Of a stretch of 57,269 nt of DNA, positions 43,723 to 52,520 are shown piece by piece; position 1 is the first letter of the stretch; each line of letters begins with the position of its first letter. The notes under the pieces are model-generated. The model made no database searches. It was given only the letters and a program-made list of their open reading frames with translations, and was not told the origin of the DNA. The DNA is from Planctomycetota bacterium. Its GTDB lineage: Bacteria; Planctomycetota; JACQVX01. Position numbers and translations under genes: made by a program. The stretch lies in assembly GCA_016209495.1 (NCBI GenBank), contig JACQVX010000187.1, positions 1-57,269 on the forward strand, read 5' to 3'.

Positions 43723-44378
43723 ACGGACCGAGGGATGACCAGGGCGCCCTGGCGGTCCGCCGTGTCCTCGACGAGCCGGGGGGCGCGCGCGTCCGCGGCC
43801 GGATCGGCGAATGGGCCTTCGCGGCCCGCAGCCTGTTGCCCATACCCTTCGTCGCCCTGGGCCTGGCCCTGGCGGACCCCACTCCGGCCGTATTCCTGGC
43901 CGGGTCCGGCCTCGCCGCCCTGGGGGCCGCCCTGCGCCTGGCGGCCCTGCGCCACTCGGGCCCCAAGACCCGCTCCACGGGCAAGGTGCGGGCGGATGGC
44001 CTGGCCGTGGGTGGGCCCTACGCCCACCTGCGCAATCCCCTCTACGCCGGGAACCTGCTCTGCGTCCTCGGGCTCCTCGTGGCCACGGGCTCCGCGTGGT
44101 TGGCCGCCCTGGGCCCCCCGGCCTTCTTCCTCGTCTACGGACCCATCGTGGCCACGGAGGAGCGATACCTGGGCGAGCGGTTCGGCGAGCCGTACCGCGA
44201 GTTCATGGCCCACGTCCCCCGCTGGCTCCCGCGCCGCACCCCGTGGGTCCGGCGCGCAGCCTCCCACGCCCTCCTGGAGGTCCTCCCCGGAGAGGCCAGC
44301 TCCCTCCTCGCCCTGGAGCTGATCCTCGGCCTCCTGGGGGCGCAGGCCCTGGGCTGGGTCCCGGTCCTCGGCGGTTGA
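43719..44378 (+). CDS. isoprenylcysteine carboxyl methyltransferase (ICMT/PEMT) family membrane methyltransferase
   Basis: GLAVGGPYAHLRNPLYAGNLL...TEERYLGERFGEPYREF is the family's SAM-binding C-terminal signature. The start is set at GTG 43719. Confidence 0.75.
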   Translation: MNGPRDDQGALAVRRVLDEPGGARVRGRIGEWAFAARSLLPIPFVALGLALADPTPAVFLAGSGLAALGAALRLAALRHSGPKTRSTGKVRADGLAVGGPYAHLRNPLYAGNLLCVLGLLVATGSAWLAALGPPAFFLVYGPIVATEERYLGERFGEPYREFMAHVPRWLPRRTPWVRRAASHALLEVLPGEASSLLALELILGLLGAQALGWVPVLGG

Positions 44379-44391
44379 GGCCCGAATCGGA

Positions 44392-44418
44392 TTGACCCCA
44401 CGCCCCCCCGAGCATAAT
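44392..44418 (+). promoter_or_regulatory. possible sigma70-like promoter (TTGACC ... CATAAT)
   Basis: TTGACC at 44392-44397 and CATAAT at 44413-44418. The spacer is only 15 nt, which is short. If this is real, the RimK-like gene starts at TTG 44431 rather than TTG 44392. Confidence 0.2.
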
Positions 44419-45900
44419 CTTCCGCCCCCGTTGAACGCGATCATCGTCGTCAACAACCCACACCGCTGGTCCCTGGAGATCTCGGGGGCCGAGGTGGTGG
44501 CGGCCCGCTCCTACCTCACCGACTCGGCCTATAGCGAGAGGCGCGGCTGCCGGGTCTACAACCTGTGCCGCAACTACCACTATCAGAGCCTGGGCTACTA
44601 CGTCTCGCTCCTCGCCGAGGCCCGCGGGCAGAAGCCCCTGCCCACCATCTCCACGGTGCAGGACCTGAAGGGCGTCGCCATGGCCCGCGTGGTATCGGAC
44701 GAGCTGCAGGAGCTGATCCAGCGAAGCCTGGCCCCCCTCGTCTCCGACGCGTTCGTCCTCTCGGTCTACTTCGGAAGGAACGTGGCCCGCCGATATGACC
44801 GCCTGAGCGCCCAGCTCTTCAAGATGTTCCCCGCCCCGCTGCTCAGGGCCTATTTCGCCCGGGAGGACGGGAGCTGGGAGATGCACAACATCGAGTCCAT
44901 CCCGGCCAGCGAGGTCCTGGAGGAGCACCGGGACTTCATCGCCGAGGCCGCCCGGGACCACCTGGCCCGCGGGCACACCCCGCCCCGCCGCAGGCCGGCC
45001 CGCTACGACCTCGCCCTGCTCTACAACCACGAGGAGCGCGAGCCCCCATCCGACGCCAAGGCCGTCCAGCGCTTCCTCCGCGCCGCCGAGAAGGTGGGGA
45101 TGTCGGCCGAGGTCATCGAGAGGGAGGACTACGGCCGCCTGGCGGAATTCGATGCCCTCTTCATCCGGGAGACCACCGGGGTCAACCACCACACCTACCG
45201 CTTCGCCCGCCGCGCCGCGGCGGAGGGGCTGGTCGTCATCGACGACCCGGTGTCGATCCTGCGCTGCTGCAACAAGGTCTACCTGGCGGAGCTGCTGGAG
45301 CACCAGCGCATCCCCACCCCGCGCACCGTCATCGTCCACCGGGACAACGTGGACCTCATCCAGGGGAAGCTGGGCCTGCCCTGCATCCTCAAGCAGCCCG
45401 ACTCCTACTTCTCCAAGGGGGTGGTCAAGGTCGAGCGCCCGGCCGAGCTGGAGGAGGAGGTCCGGCGCCTCCTGGAGCGATCGGAGCTGGTCATTGCCCA
45501 GGAGTTCGTCCCCACCGAGTTCGACTGGCGGATCGGCGTCCTGGACCGGCAGCCCCTGTTCGCCTGCAAGTACTTCATGGCCCACGAGCACTGGCAGATC
45601 GTCAAGCGAGACGGCGCCGAGATCACCTCCTTCGGCCGCGCGGAATCGGTCCCGGTCGAGTTCGCCCCCTCCCACGTCATGAAGATGGCCCTGCGCGCGG
45701 CCAACCTCATCGGCGAAGGCTTCTACGGCGTGGACGTCAAGGAGCAGGGTGAGCGCTGCTGCGTCATCGAGGTGAACGACAACCCCACCGTGGAGGCGGG
45801 CATCGAGGACTCGGTGCGCAAGGAGGAGCTCTACCTCACGGTCATGCGGGTCCTCCTCTCCCGCATCGAGAGGCTGAAGGACAGGGGTGCCGGCCGCTGA
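44392..45900 (+). CDS. RimK-like ATP-grasp ligase with N-terminal RLAN domain
   Basis: The N-terminal VYNLCRNYHYQSLGYYVSLLAEARGQKPLPTISTVQDL is RLAN-type. The C-terminal ATP-grasp has LPCILKQPDSYFSKGVVKV, VIAQEFVPTEFDWRIGVL and YGVDVKE...CVIEVNDNP. The start is TTG 44392 or TTG 44431. Confidence 0.85.
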   Translation: MTPRPPEHNLPPPLNAIIVVNNPHRWSLEISGAEVVAARSYLTDSAYSERRGCRVYNLCRNYHYQSLGYYVSLLAEARGQKPLPTISTVQDLKGVAMARVVSDELQELIQRSLAPLVSDAFVLSVYFGRNVARRYDRLSAQLFKMFPAPLLRAYFAREDGSWEMHNIESIPASEVLEEHRDFIAEAARDHLARGHTPPRRRPARYDLALLYNHEEREPPSDAKAVQRFLRAAEKVGMSAEVIEREDYGRLAEFDALFIRETTGVNHHTYRFARRAAAEGLVVIDDPVSILRCCNKVYLAELLEHQRIPTPRTVIVHRDNVDLIQGKLGLPCILKQPDSYFSKGVVKVERPAELEEEVRRLLERSELVIAQEFVPTEFDWRIGVLDRQPLFACKYFMAHEHWQIVKRDGAEITSFGRAESVPVEFAPSHVMKMALRAANLIGEGFYGVDVKEQGERCCVIEVNDNPTVEAGIEDSVRKEELYLTVMRVLLSRIERLKDRGAGR

Positions 45901-47155
45901 CCCTCCCGAGGGGGAGTGGCCCCTGGGTCTCTTCCAGGGCTTCGGCATCGAGCTGGAATACATGCTCGTCCGGAGCGAGTCCCTGGACGTGTTCCCCGCC
46001 GCCGATCGGCTCCTGGAGGCCGCGGCGGGGCGGCCGGCCTCGGATGTGGAGATGGGGGACGCCGAGTGGTCCAACGAGCTGGCCCTCCACGTCGTCGAGT
46101 TCAAGACCGCGGGCCCGGCCCCGGCGCTCGCGCCCCTGCCGGGGCTCTTCCAGGAGCAGGTCCGCCACGCCAATGCCCTCCTGGCCCCCCTGGGGGGCCG
46201 GCTCATGCCCACGGGGATGCACCCGTGGATGGACCCGCTCCGCGAGACGCGCCTCTGGCCCGACGCCTGCGGCCCCATCTACAGCGCCTTCGACCGCCTC
46301 TTCGGCTGCTCCGGACACGGTTGGTCCAACGTCCAGAGCATGCACATCAACCTCCCCTTCCACGACGACCGGGAGTTCGGACGCCTCCACGCGGCCATCC
46401 GGCTCCTCCTGCCCCTGCTCCCCGCCCTGGCCGCCAGTTCGCCCCTGGTGGAGGGGCACGGGACCGGGAGCCTGGACAGCCGGCTCACCTTCTATGGCGG
46501 CAACTGTGCGCGGGTCCCTTCCATCACCGGCCGGGTCGTGCCCGAGGGGGTGTGGACCCGGCGTGACTACGAGGAGGGGCTGCTCGGGGGCATCTACCGC
46601 GACCTGGCCCCCCTGGACCCGGAGGGGGTGCTCCGCCACGAGTGGGTGAACGCCCGGGGCGCCATCGCCCGCTTCGATCGGGGGGCCATCGAGATCCGGG
46701 TCCTGGACGTGCAGGAGTGCCCCCTGGCGGACCTGGCGGTGGCGCACCTCATCGTGGAGGTCCTCCGTGCCCTCGTGGAGGAGCGCTGGCTGGACCTGGA
46801 GGCCCAGCGGGCGTGGGAGGTGGACCCCCTGGCGCGGATCTACCGGACCGTGGTGCGCGACGCCGAGCGCGCCCGGGTGGAGGACCCGCGCTACCTGGAG
46901 GCCATGGGCCTGGAGGGCGCGCGTCCCGTCTCGGCCGGAGAGGTCTGGGCCTCCCTGGCGGAGCGGACGGCCCCTGCGGGTCGTGCCGCGGACCCGGCCA
47001 TGGGGCGCGCCCTGCGGCGGATCCTGGAGCGGGGCTGCCTCTCGAGGCGGATCCTGGAGGCCCTGGGACCATCGAGCCCGCCCGAACGCCAGCGGGAAGT
47101 CTACGAGGACCTCTGCGACTGCCTGGCCGTCGGGCGGCTCTTTGAAGCCCCCTAG
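45887..47155 (+). CDS. carboxylate-amine ligase, glutamate-cysteine ligase family 2 (GCS2/YbdK-like)
   Basis: FGIELEYMLV, ELALHVVEFKT, SMHINLPF and AASSPLVEG are typical GCS2 blocks. GTG 45887 overlaps the upstream gene by 14 nt. Confidence 0.85.
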   Translation: MPAADPPEGEWPLGLFQGFGIELEYMLVRSESLDVFPAADRLLEAAAGRPASDVEMGDAEWSNELALHVVEFKTAGPAPALAPLPGLFQEQVRHANALLAPLGGRLMPTGMHPWMDPLRETRLWPDACGPIYSAFDRLFGCSGHGWSNVQSMHINLPFHDDREFGRLHAAIRLLLPLLPALAASSPLVEGHGTGSLDSRLTFYGGNCARVPSITGRVVPEGVWTRRDYEEGLLGGIYRDLAPLDPEGVLRHEWVNARGAIARFDRGAIEIRVLDVQECPLADLAVAHLIVEVLRALVEERWLDLEAQRAWEVDPLARIYRTVVRDAERARVEDPRYLEAMGLEGARPVSAGEVWASLAERTAPAGRAADPAMGRALRRILERGCLSRRILEALGPSSPPERQREVYEDLCDCLAVGRLFEAP

Positions 47156-47876
47156 CGGGGTCGTCCTCTCCTGCGAGCACGGGGGCCACCGCGTCCCCGC
47201 GCGGGTCTCGCACCTCTTCGCGGGCCTGGCCTCCCGGCTCGAGAGCCACCGGGGCCACGACCCGGGCGCAGCGGACCTGACCCGCCGATTGGCCCGGGCC
47301 CTGGGGGCGCCGGCCTTCGTGGCGCGGGTCTCCCGGCTGGTGGTGGACCTGAACCGCTCGCCGGGCCTCCCCGCCCTGCGCGCGGGCCCCGCGCGGGGGA
47401 TCGTGGGAGCCGACCGGGAGCGCCTCCTGGACCGCCACTACTGGCCCTTCCGCCGGGCGGTGGAGGCCGCGCTCCGGGAGGCCCTGGCCCGCGGGGGCGG
47501 CCCCGTGCTCCACCTCTCCTGCCACAGCTTCACCCCGGTCCTGGACGGCCGCGAGCGGAGGGCCGACGTGGCCCTGCTCTACGACCCGCGCAGGCCCGGG
47601 GAGCGGGCCTTCGCCGACCTCTGGCTCGCCGGGCTGGCCCTGCGGCGACCGTTCCTCGTGCTGCGCCGGAACTACCCCTACCGCGGCGTCGCGGACGGCC
47701 ACACCACCTGGCTACGGAGGCGCCTCCCCCCCGGATGCTACCTGGGGCTGGAGCTGGAGGTGAACCAGCGCTTCCCCCTCGGTCCCCGCCCCGAGTGGCG
47801 CCGCCTCCAGGAGGACCTGGAGGCGAGCCTGCGCGAGGCCCTGGGCGGAGGCCTGGGACGTGACACGAGGGCGTGA
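47142..47876 (+). CDS. N-formylglutamate amidohydrolase (FGase) family protein
   Basis: VVLSCEHGGHRVP, VVDLNRS, LHLSCHSFTP and LGLELEVNQ are FGase-family blocks. The TTG 47142 start (14-nt overlap with the upstream gene) is uncertain. Confidence 0.75.
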   Translation: MKPPSGVVLSCEHGGHRVPARVSHLFAGLASRLESHRGHDPGAADLTRRLARALGAPAFVARVSRLVVDLNRSPGLPALRAGPARGIVGADRERLLDRHYWPFRRAVEAALREALARGGGPVLHLSCHSFTPVLDGRERRADVALLYDPRRPGERAFADLWLAGLALRRPFLVLRRNYPYRGVADGHTTWLRRRLPPGCYLGLELEVNQRFPLGPRPEWRRLQEDLEASLREALGGGLGRDTRA

Positions 47877-48020
47877 CCTGGGGCGGCAGGCCGCCGACCA
47901 CCGCGATCCGGAGGGCCTTCGGGGCCCCGCGGGCGCGCTCGGCGTCGCGGCGCATGACGGTGCGGTTCCCGCGTGCGCCGGTGGAGACGCCGCGCGGGCC
48001 CCACGCGCGTCCCCGGGGGC

Positions 48021-48090
48021 GCCGACCGGGACCGCCTCCCGGACCGCCACCACTGGCCCGTCCGCCGGGCGGTGGAGGCCGCGCCCCGGG
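48021..48090 (+). pseudogene. decayed 70-nt duplicate of an internal segment of the FGase gene (copy of 47409-47478)
   Basis: Manual alignment at a constant 612-nt offset gives 65/70 identical. The source encodes ADRERLLDRHYWPFRRAVEAALR and the copy reads ADRDRLPDRHHWPVRRAVEAAPR. All 5 differences are non-synonymous and 4 of 5 are T to C/G. Confidence 0.6.
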
Positions 48091-48097
48091 GCGCGCC

Positions 48098-48931
48098 TCA
48101 GGGCGCCTGGCGCCGGAGCCACGCGGCGGCCGAAGAGAGGGCCCGGGCCACCCCGAGTTCCGCCTCGATGGGGAGGAGCCCGGTCCCGCAGGCGCCGGTG
48201 AGCAGGGACCCGGCCAGGGCGCGAGCTACCCTCACCCCCGCGCCTTCCAGGGCGGAGACGAGCGCCTCGGCCGTCACCTCCGGGTCGAGGCCCGCGGCTG
48301 GCGGCCCCGTGGGGACGAGCCCCCAGGCCATGGCGCGCCCCTCGTCCAGGCGGCGAGTCAGCTCGCCGGCTGCCTCGCCCAGGAGCGAACCCAGGTAGCG
48401 GCCCGTGTCCACGGAGACCCAGTCCGCGGTGGATGCCAGGTATTCCGCCCACGGGGGGAGTGCACAGCAGTGCACCCCCACCGCCGCGGCGCCCGCGGCC
48501 CGCGCCGCCTCGATGGCGGGCTCCAGGTTCGCCGTGCCGCCCGGACCCAGGAGCGGCTCGTCCAGGAAGACCACCGGGAGCGCACCCGCCTCGGCGATTC
48601 GGCGCGCGCACCCGGCGGCCCTTCGGGCCGTCCGCGGGGGGTCCTCGCCCGCGGTGGCGGGGCCTGTCACCTGGACCTTGAGGACGCGCACCGCCCCGGC
48701 GCGCGCCGCCTCCAGGGCCGCGCCCCAGCCCGCCTCGCGGGAAGGGTCCAGGCCGTCCCTCCCGGCCTGGGCGCGCAGGTCCTCGTCCGGGTGCCGCCGC
48801 GGGAGCTGGGGTACGAAGGGCAGCTCCGGGTAGGCGGCCAGGACGTGGGCCATGGCGGGGCCCGGCTCCCGGTGGGGGAGGCTCCCCACCCCGGTCCAGG
48901 CGCTGGAGGCGAGTCCCGCGCGGGAACTCAC
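48098..48931 (-). CDS. cobalamin-independent methionine-synthase-like (MetE C-terminal-domain family) protein, short form
   Basis: GTG 48931 overlaps the dinG stop (GTGA). [33 protein letters not shown] and TGACGTG recall the ~300-aa MetE-like family. Assigned from memory of motifs only. Confidence 0.5.
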   Translation of the reverse strand: MSSRAGLASSAWTGVGSLPHREPGPAMAHVLAAYPELPFVPQLPRRHPDEDLRAQAGRDGLDPSREAGWGAALEAARAGAVRVLKVQVTGPATAGEDPPRTARRAAGCARRIAEAGALPVVFLDEPLLGPGGTANLEPAIEAARAAGAAAVGVHCCALPPWAEYLASTADWVSVDTGRYLGSLLGEAAGELTRRLDEGRAMAWGLVPTGPPAAGLDPEVTAEALVSALEGAGVRVARALAGSLLTGACGTGLLPIEAELGVARALSSAAAWLRRQAP

Positions 48932-50913
48932 CCCACGGGTTCCTCCACCACCCGGCACCGGGGGAGGGAGTCCAGGAAGACCCGGCCATAGGGGCGCGTC
49001 CGCACCCGCGGGTCCAGGATGACCACCATGCCGCTGTCGGTGGCCTTGCGGATGAGCCGGCCGAAGGCCTGGCGGAGCCGGATGACGGCCTCCGGGAGCT
49101 GGTAGTCCCGGAAGGCGTTGCCGCCCGCGGCGCGCACCCGCTCCAGGCGCGCCTCCACCAGAGGCCGGTCGGGTACGGAGAAGGGGAGCCGCGTGATGAT
49201 GACGTTGCGCAGGGCGTCCCCCGGCACGTCCACGCCGGCCCAGAAGGAGCTGGTCCCCAGGAGGACGCTGGTCTCGTCCTCGCGGAAGGCCTCCAGGAGC
49301 AGGCCCCGCGGCAGCCCCTCGCCTTGCCGCAGGAGGCGGATCCCCCGGGCGGCGGCCCAGCCCTCCAGCTCGGCCTGCACGGCCCGTATCTGACGGTAGG
49401 AGGTGAACAGGACCAGGGCCCGGCCGCCGGTCCGGTCCAGGTAGCGCGGGAGGCGCTCCGCCAGGGCGTGGGTATAGGCCTCCTCGTCCGAGGGGTCTGG
49501 CATCCCCGGGACGAGGTGCAGCTCCGCCTGGCGCTCGTAGTCGAAGGGCGAGCCGAGCGACAGCGTGGTGGCCCGCTCCAGGCCCAGCCGTCGCTGGAGG
49601 AACTCGAAGCTCGCCTCCGGACCCACCGAGAGGGTGGCGCTGGTGAGGACCACCGACCCCACCTGGCCGAAGAGCCGCTCCCTCAGGAGGGGCCCCACCT
49701 CCGCCGGGGCGCCGCGCAGGACCACCCTGGTCTCGCGGCGCCGCCGGGCCTCGGCCTGCACCCACCAGACCATCCCCTCGCCCTCGTGGCCCACGAAGGC
49801 CCGGACCGCCGCGGCGGTCTCCAGGGTCCGTTCCGCCAGGGAGGCCAGCTCCACCTGCTCCAGGGGCCGGTCCTCGGCCGCGTCCCGGAGCAGGGCCAGC
49901 TCGCCGTGAAGCTCCACGAGCGGCCCCGAGAGCGGGTCGGGGAATGCCGCCGCCTCCCGCACCCGCCGGGCCTCGCCCCTGCCCGGGGCCTGCTCGAACC
50001 ACCGGAGGGCGCCATCGAGGAAGAGGTCCACGGCGGCGCGGGCCCTGTCGGCGCTGGCCATGGCGCCGGCCGCCCCCGGTATCCCCGACAGGCGGCCCTT
50101 GGCCGTGCGGGGCTGGTACAGGGTGTCCAGCAGCCAGCGCAAGGCGTCGGAGGAGACCTCCACCCCCAGGTACTCCGCCGCCACCTCCTCCGCCGTGTGG
50201 GCCTCGTCCAGGACGAGCCGCGTGTAGGGCGGCAGGACGCCGCCCCCGGCCTGGGTCCTGAGGGCGAGGTCGGTGAAGAGGAGGTGGTGGTTGGTGACCA
50301 CCAGGTTCGCGCGCTGGAGCCTGCGGCGGGCCCGCTGGTAGGGGCAGGGCTCGTAGGTCGGACACCGCCGGCCCAGGCAATTGGAGCGGTCGCTCTGGAC
50401 CGCCCCCCAGACCGGTCGCGCGGGTTGCCAGGGGAGGTCCGCCAGGGACCCGTCCTCGGACGCGGCGGCCCACCCGGCGAGGCGCTCCAGCTCCAGCCGC
50501 TCGGCCGGGTCATCGAACAGGGTGGCCTGGCGGGCACGCGCCACATCCAGCCTCCGGAGGCTGACGTAGTTGCCGCGCCCCTTGGCCAGGACCGCGCTGA
50601 ACTCCACCGGGAGGACGGCCCGCAGGAACGGGATGTCCTTCTCGACGAGTTGCTCCTGGAGGGCGATGGTGTGCGTGGAGATCACGACGGGCAGCCCCGA
50701 CGCGGCGGACCACTCGATGGCGGGGAGCAGGTAGGCGAAGGACTTCCCGACCCCGGTGCCGGCCTCCACCGCCAGGTGGTGGCCCTCCCGGAAGGCCTCG
50801 CGCACGGCCTCGGCCATGGCCACCTGCTGGGGCCTCCGGGAGTAGTCTCCCAGCCGGCGCGCCACGGGCCCGCCTTCCCCCAGGACCCACGCGGGGTCGG
50901 TGGCCTGGTTCAT
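48928..50913 (-). CDS. dinG: ATP-dependent DNA helicase, DinG/XPD family
   Basis: Walker [19 protein letters not shown] box ([11 protein letters not shown]), a Cys cluster ([14 protein letters not shown]), and C-terminal helicase motifs ([26 protein letters not shown]). Confidence 0.9.
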   Translation of the reverse strand: MNQATDPAWVLGEGGPVARRLGDYSRRPQQVAMAEAVREAFREGHHLAVEAGTGVGKSFAYLLPAIEWSAASGLPVVISTHTIALQEQLVEKDIPFLRAVLPVEFSAVLAKGRGNYVSLRRLDVARARQATLFDDPAERLELERLAGWAAASEDGSLADLPWQPARPVWGAVQSDRSNCLGRRCPTYEPCPYQRARRRLQRANLVVTNHHLLFTDLALRTQAGGGVLPPYTRLVLDEAHTAEEVAAEYLGVEVSSDALRWLLDTLYQPRTAKGRLSGIPGAAGAMASADRARAAVDLFLDGALRWFEQAPGRGEARRVREAAAFPDPLSGPLVELHGELALLRDAAEDRPLEQVELASLAERTLETAAAVRAFVGHEGEGMVWWVQAEARRRRETRVVLRGAPAEVGPLLRERLFGQVGSVVLTSATLSVGPEASFEFLQRRLGLERATTLSLGSPFDYERQAELHLVPGMPDPSDEEAYTHALAERLPRYLDRTGGRALVLFTSYRQIRAVQAELEGWAAARGIRLLRQGEGLPRGLLLEAFREDETSVLLGTSSFWAGVDVPGDALRNVIITRLPFSVPDRPLVEARLERVRAAGGNAFRDYQLPEAVIRLRQAFGRLIRKATDSGMVVILDPRVRTRPYGRVFLDSLPRCRVVEEPVG

Positions 50914-52001
50914 TCCCCTTGCGGCAAGCTCAGGGTGAAGCGGCTCCCGCGGCCCACCTCGCTCTCCACCTCCACGTTCCCCCCGTGGGCGGCCGCCACG
51001 GCCTGCACGATGGGGAGTCCGAGTCCCATGCCGCCCACCTCGCGGGTCATGGGATTGGCCGCCTGGGAGAAGGGGGCGAAGATCACGGGCCGCAGTCCCT
51101 CGGGGATGCCCTCGCCCTCGTCCTCCACCGCCAGCCGCAGCCTACCGCCCCCCAGCACGGCCCGGAGGGCCACGCGCCCGCGCTCGCGGCCGAAGGCCAC
51201 GGCGTTCCGGAGGAGTTGCACCAGCGCCGGCTGGAGCAGTTCCGGGTCCACCTCCGCCACCGCCCCCGGGGGGTCCACCGCCGCGTCCATGAGGACCCCG
51301 CGACGGGTGGCCAGGGTGCGGCATGCCTCGATGGCCGCCGCCACCATCTCGGAGACGGCGATGGGTCGTGGTTCGCTGCGGGTGTCGCCCGACAGCAGCC
51401 CCCGCAGGAGGAATATGTCCTCCACCGCGCGGGTGAGGCGCTCGACGGACTCCCGGCACATGGCCAGGCCCTCGTCCTCGGGCGCCCCCTCCCGCCCCAT
51501 CCCGGCCAGGGCCCCCTGGAGGACCGTGAGGGGGGTGCGCAGCTCATGGCCCACGATGGAGAGGAAGGCGTCCTTCTCCGAGTTCACCCTCTCCAGGGCG
51601 TGCACCCTGCGCAGGAGGTCCCTCCAGGCCAGGCCCCGGCGGACCGCCAGGGGGATGAGCCGCAGGTCCTCCACCGGCTTCAGGAGCATGTCGTTGGCCC
51701 CCAGGCGGAGGGCCTCCAGGGCCACGTCCACGCTCGCGAAGGCCGTGATGAGGATGACCGGGACCTCGGGCGAGCGGGCGCGGACCTCCCGGAGGACCTC
51801 CAGGCCGCTGGCCCCGGGCATGCGGACGTCGGTGAGGACCGCATCGACGGTCTCGCCGTCCAGGGCCTGGATGGCCTCGGTCCCGGTGGCCGCGAGCCTC
51901 ACCAGGAAGCCCTCGGATTCCAGGACAGAGCGGCACACCTCCCGGATGGCCGGTTCGTCGTCGGCTACCAGGACCCGCACCCTGCTGGTCGGATCGCCCA
52001 C
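50910..52001 (-). CDS. response-regulator / histidine-kinase hybrid (REC - HisKA - HATPase)
   Basis: [12 protein letters not shown]...[10 protein letters not shown] (receiver), H-box [12 protein letters not shown], and HATPase ([26 protein letters not shown]). The stop overlaps the dinG ATG. Confidence 0.85.
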   Translation of the reverse strand: MGDPTSRVRVLVADDEPAIREVCRSVLESEGFLVRLAATGTEAIQALDGETVDAVLTDVRMPGASGLEVLREVRARSPEVPVILITAFASVDVALEALRLGANDMLLKPVEDLRLIPLAVRRGLAWRDLLRRVHALERVNSEKDAFLSIVGHELRTPLTVLQGALAGMGREGAPEDEGLAMCRESVERLTRAVEDIFLLRGLLSGDTRSEPRPIAVSEMVAAAIEACRTLATRRGVLMDAAVDPPGAVAEVDPELLQPALVQLLRNAVAFGRERGRVALRAVLGGGRLRLAVEDEGEGIPEGLRPVIFAPFSQAANPMTREVGGMGLGLPIVQAVAAAHGGNVEVESEVGRGSRFTLSLPQGE

Positions 52002-52080
52002 GGGGCCCGATTCTAGGCCGCCCCGCGGGGGGCCACAAGACGGTGGCGACCCTCCCTACCCCTCGCTATCATCCGGGCCC

Positions 52081-52506
52081 ATGCTCGCCCGCTCGACGGC
52101 CGTGTGCCTGGGCCTGGCCCTGACCCTGACGGGGTCGGCGGGCTGCGCCGGCGACCCGCCCATCACCACCATCCCGGACGTCAGCGCCGAGAGGCGCTGG
52201 GTGGCCATCCCCCCCTCGGCCTGGGCGAGGGTGGAGGTCGAGCCCCACCGCGGCTACGTGGAGCACGAGTACCGCCAGCACCCCGAGGGCCTGGTGGAGA
52301 CCTACTGGGTCTACGACGAGAACATGGAGATCCTGGGCTTCTATACCGGCGGTGGGACCACCTTCCGATACGACGTCCGCGACCGGCCCGTCGCCCTGGG
52401 ACGCCACGACCCGGACGAGTCGGTGCGCATCATCTTCGACCCGGCCTCCGTGGGTCTGAAGACGGAGGTGCGCCACCTCCCGCTGGAGGGTGGACGCCCC
52501 CGGTGA
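52081..52506 (+). CDS. small lipoprotein, hypothetical
   Basis: ATG 52081 gives MLARSTAVCLGLALTLTGSAGC (lipobox). It has 141 aa. It is the only real part of track ORF 49324..52506. Confidence 0.6.
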   Translation: MLARSTAVCLGLALTLTGSAGCAGDPPITTIPDVSAERRWVAIPPSAWARVEVEPHRGYVEHEYRQHPEGLVETYWVYDENMEILGFYTGGGTTFRYDVRDRPVALGRHDPDESVRIIFDPASVGLKTEVRHLPLEGGRPR

Positions 52507-52520
52507 CGGGCCTGGGAGGG

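Noticed and set aside
47873-48991. 372-aa plus-strand ORF and neighbours (47712..48989 -, 47973..48398 +) in the FGase/MetE-like spacer region
   Set aside because: They have RPG-rich translations. The region is explained by the 3' end of the FGase gene, the relic fragment, and the minus-strand MetE-like gene, which has recognisable motifs and a GTGA junction with dinG.
49324-52506. 1060-aa plus-strand ORF spanning the dinG and RR-HK regions
   Set aside because: Only the terminal 141 codons (from ATG 52081, with a lipoprotein signal) look like a gene. The rest is antisense to dinG and the REC-HK hybrid.
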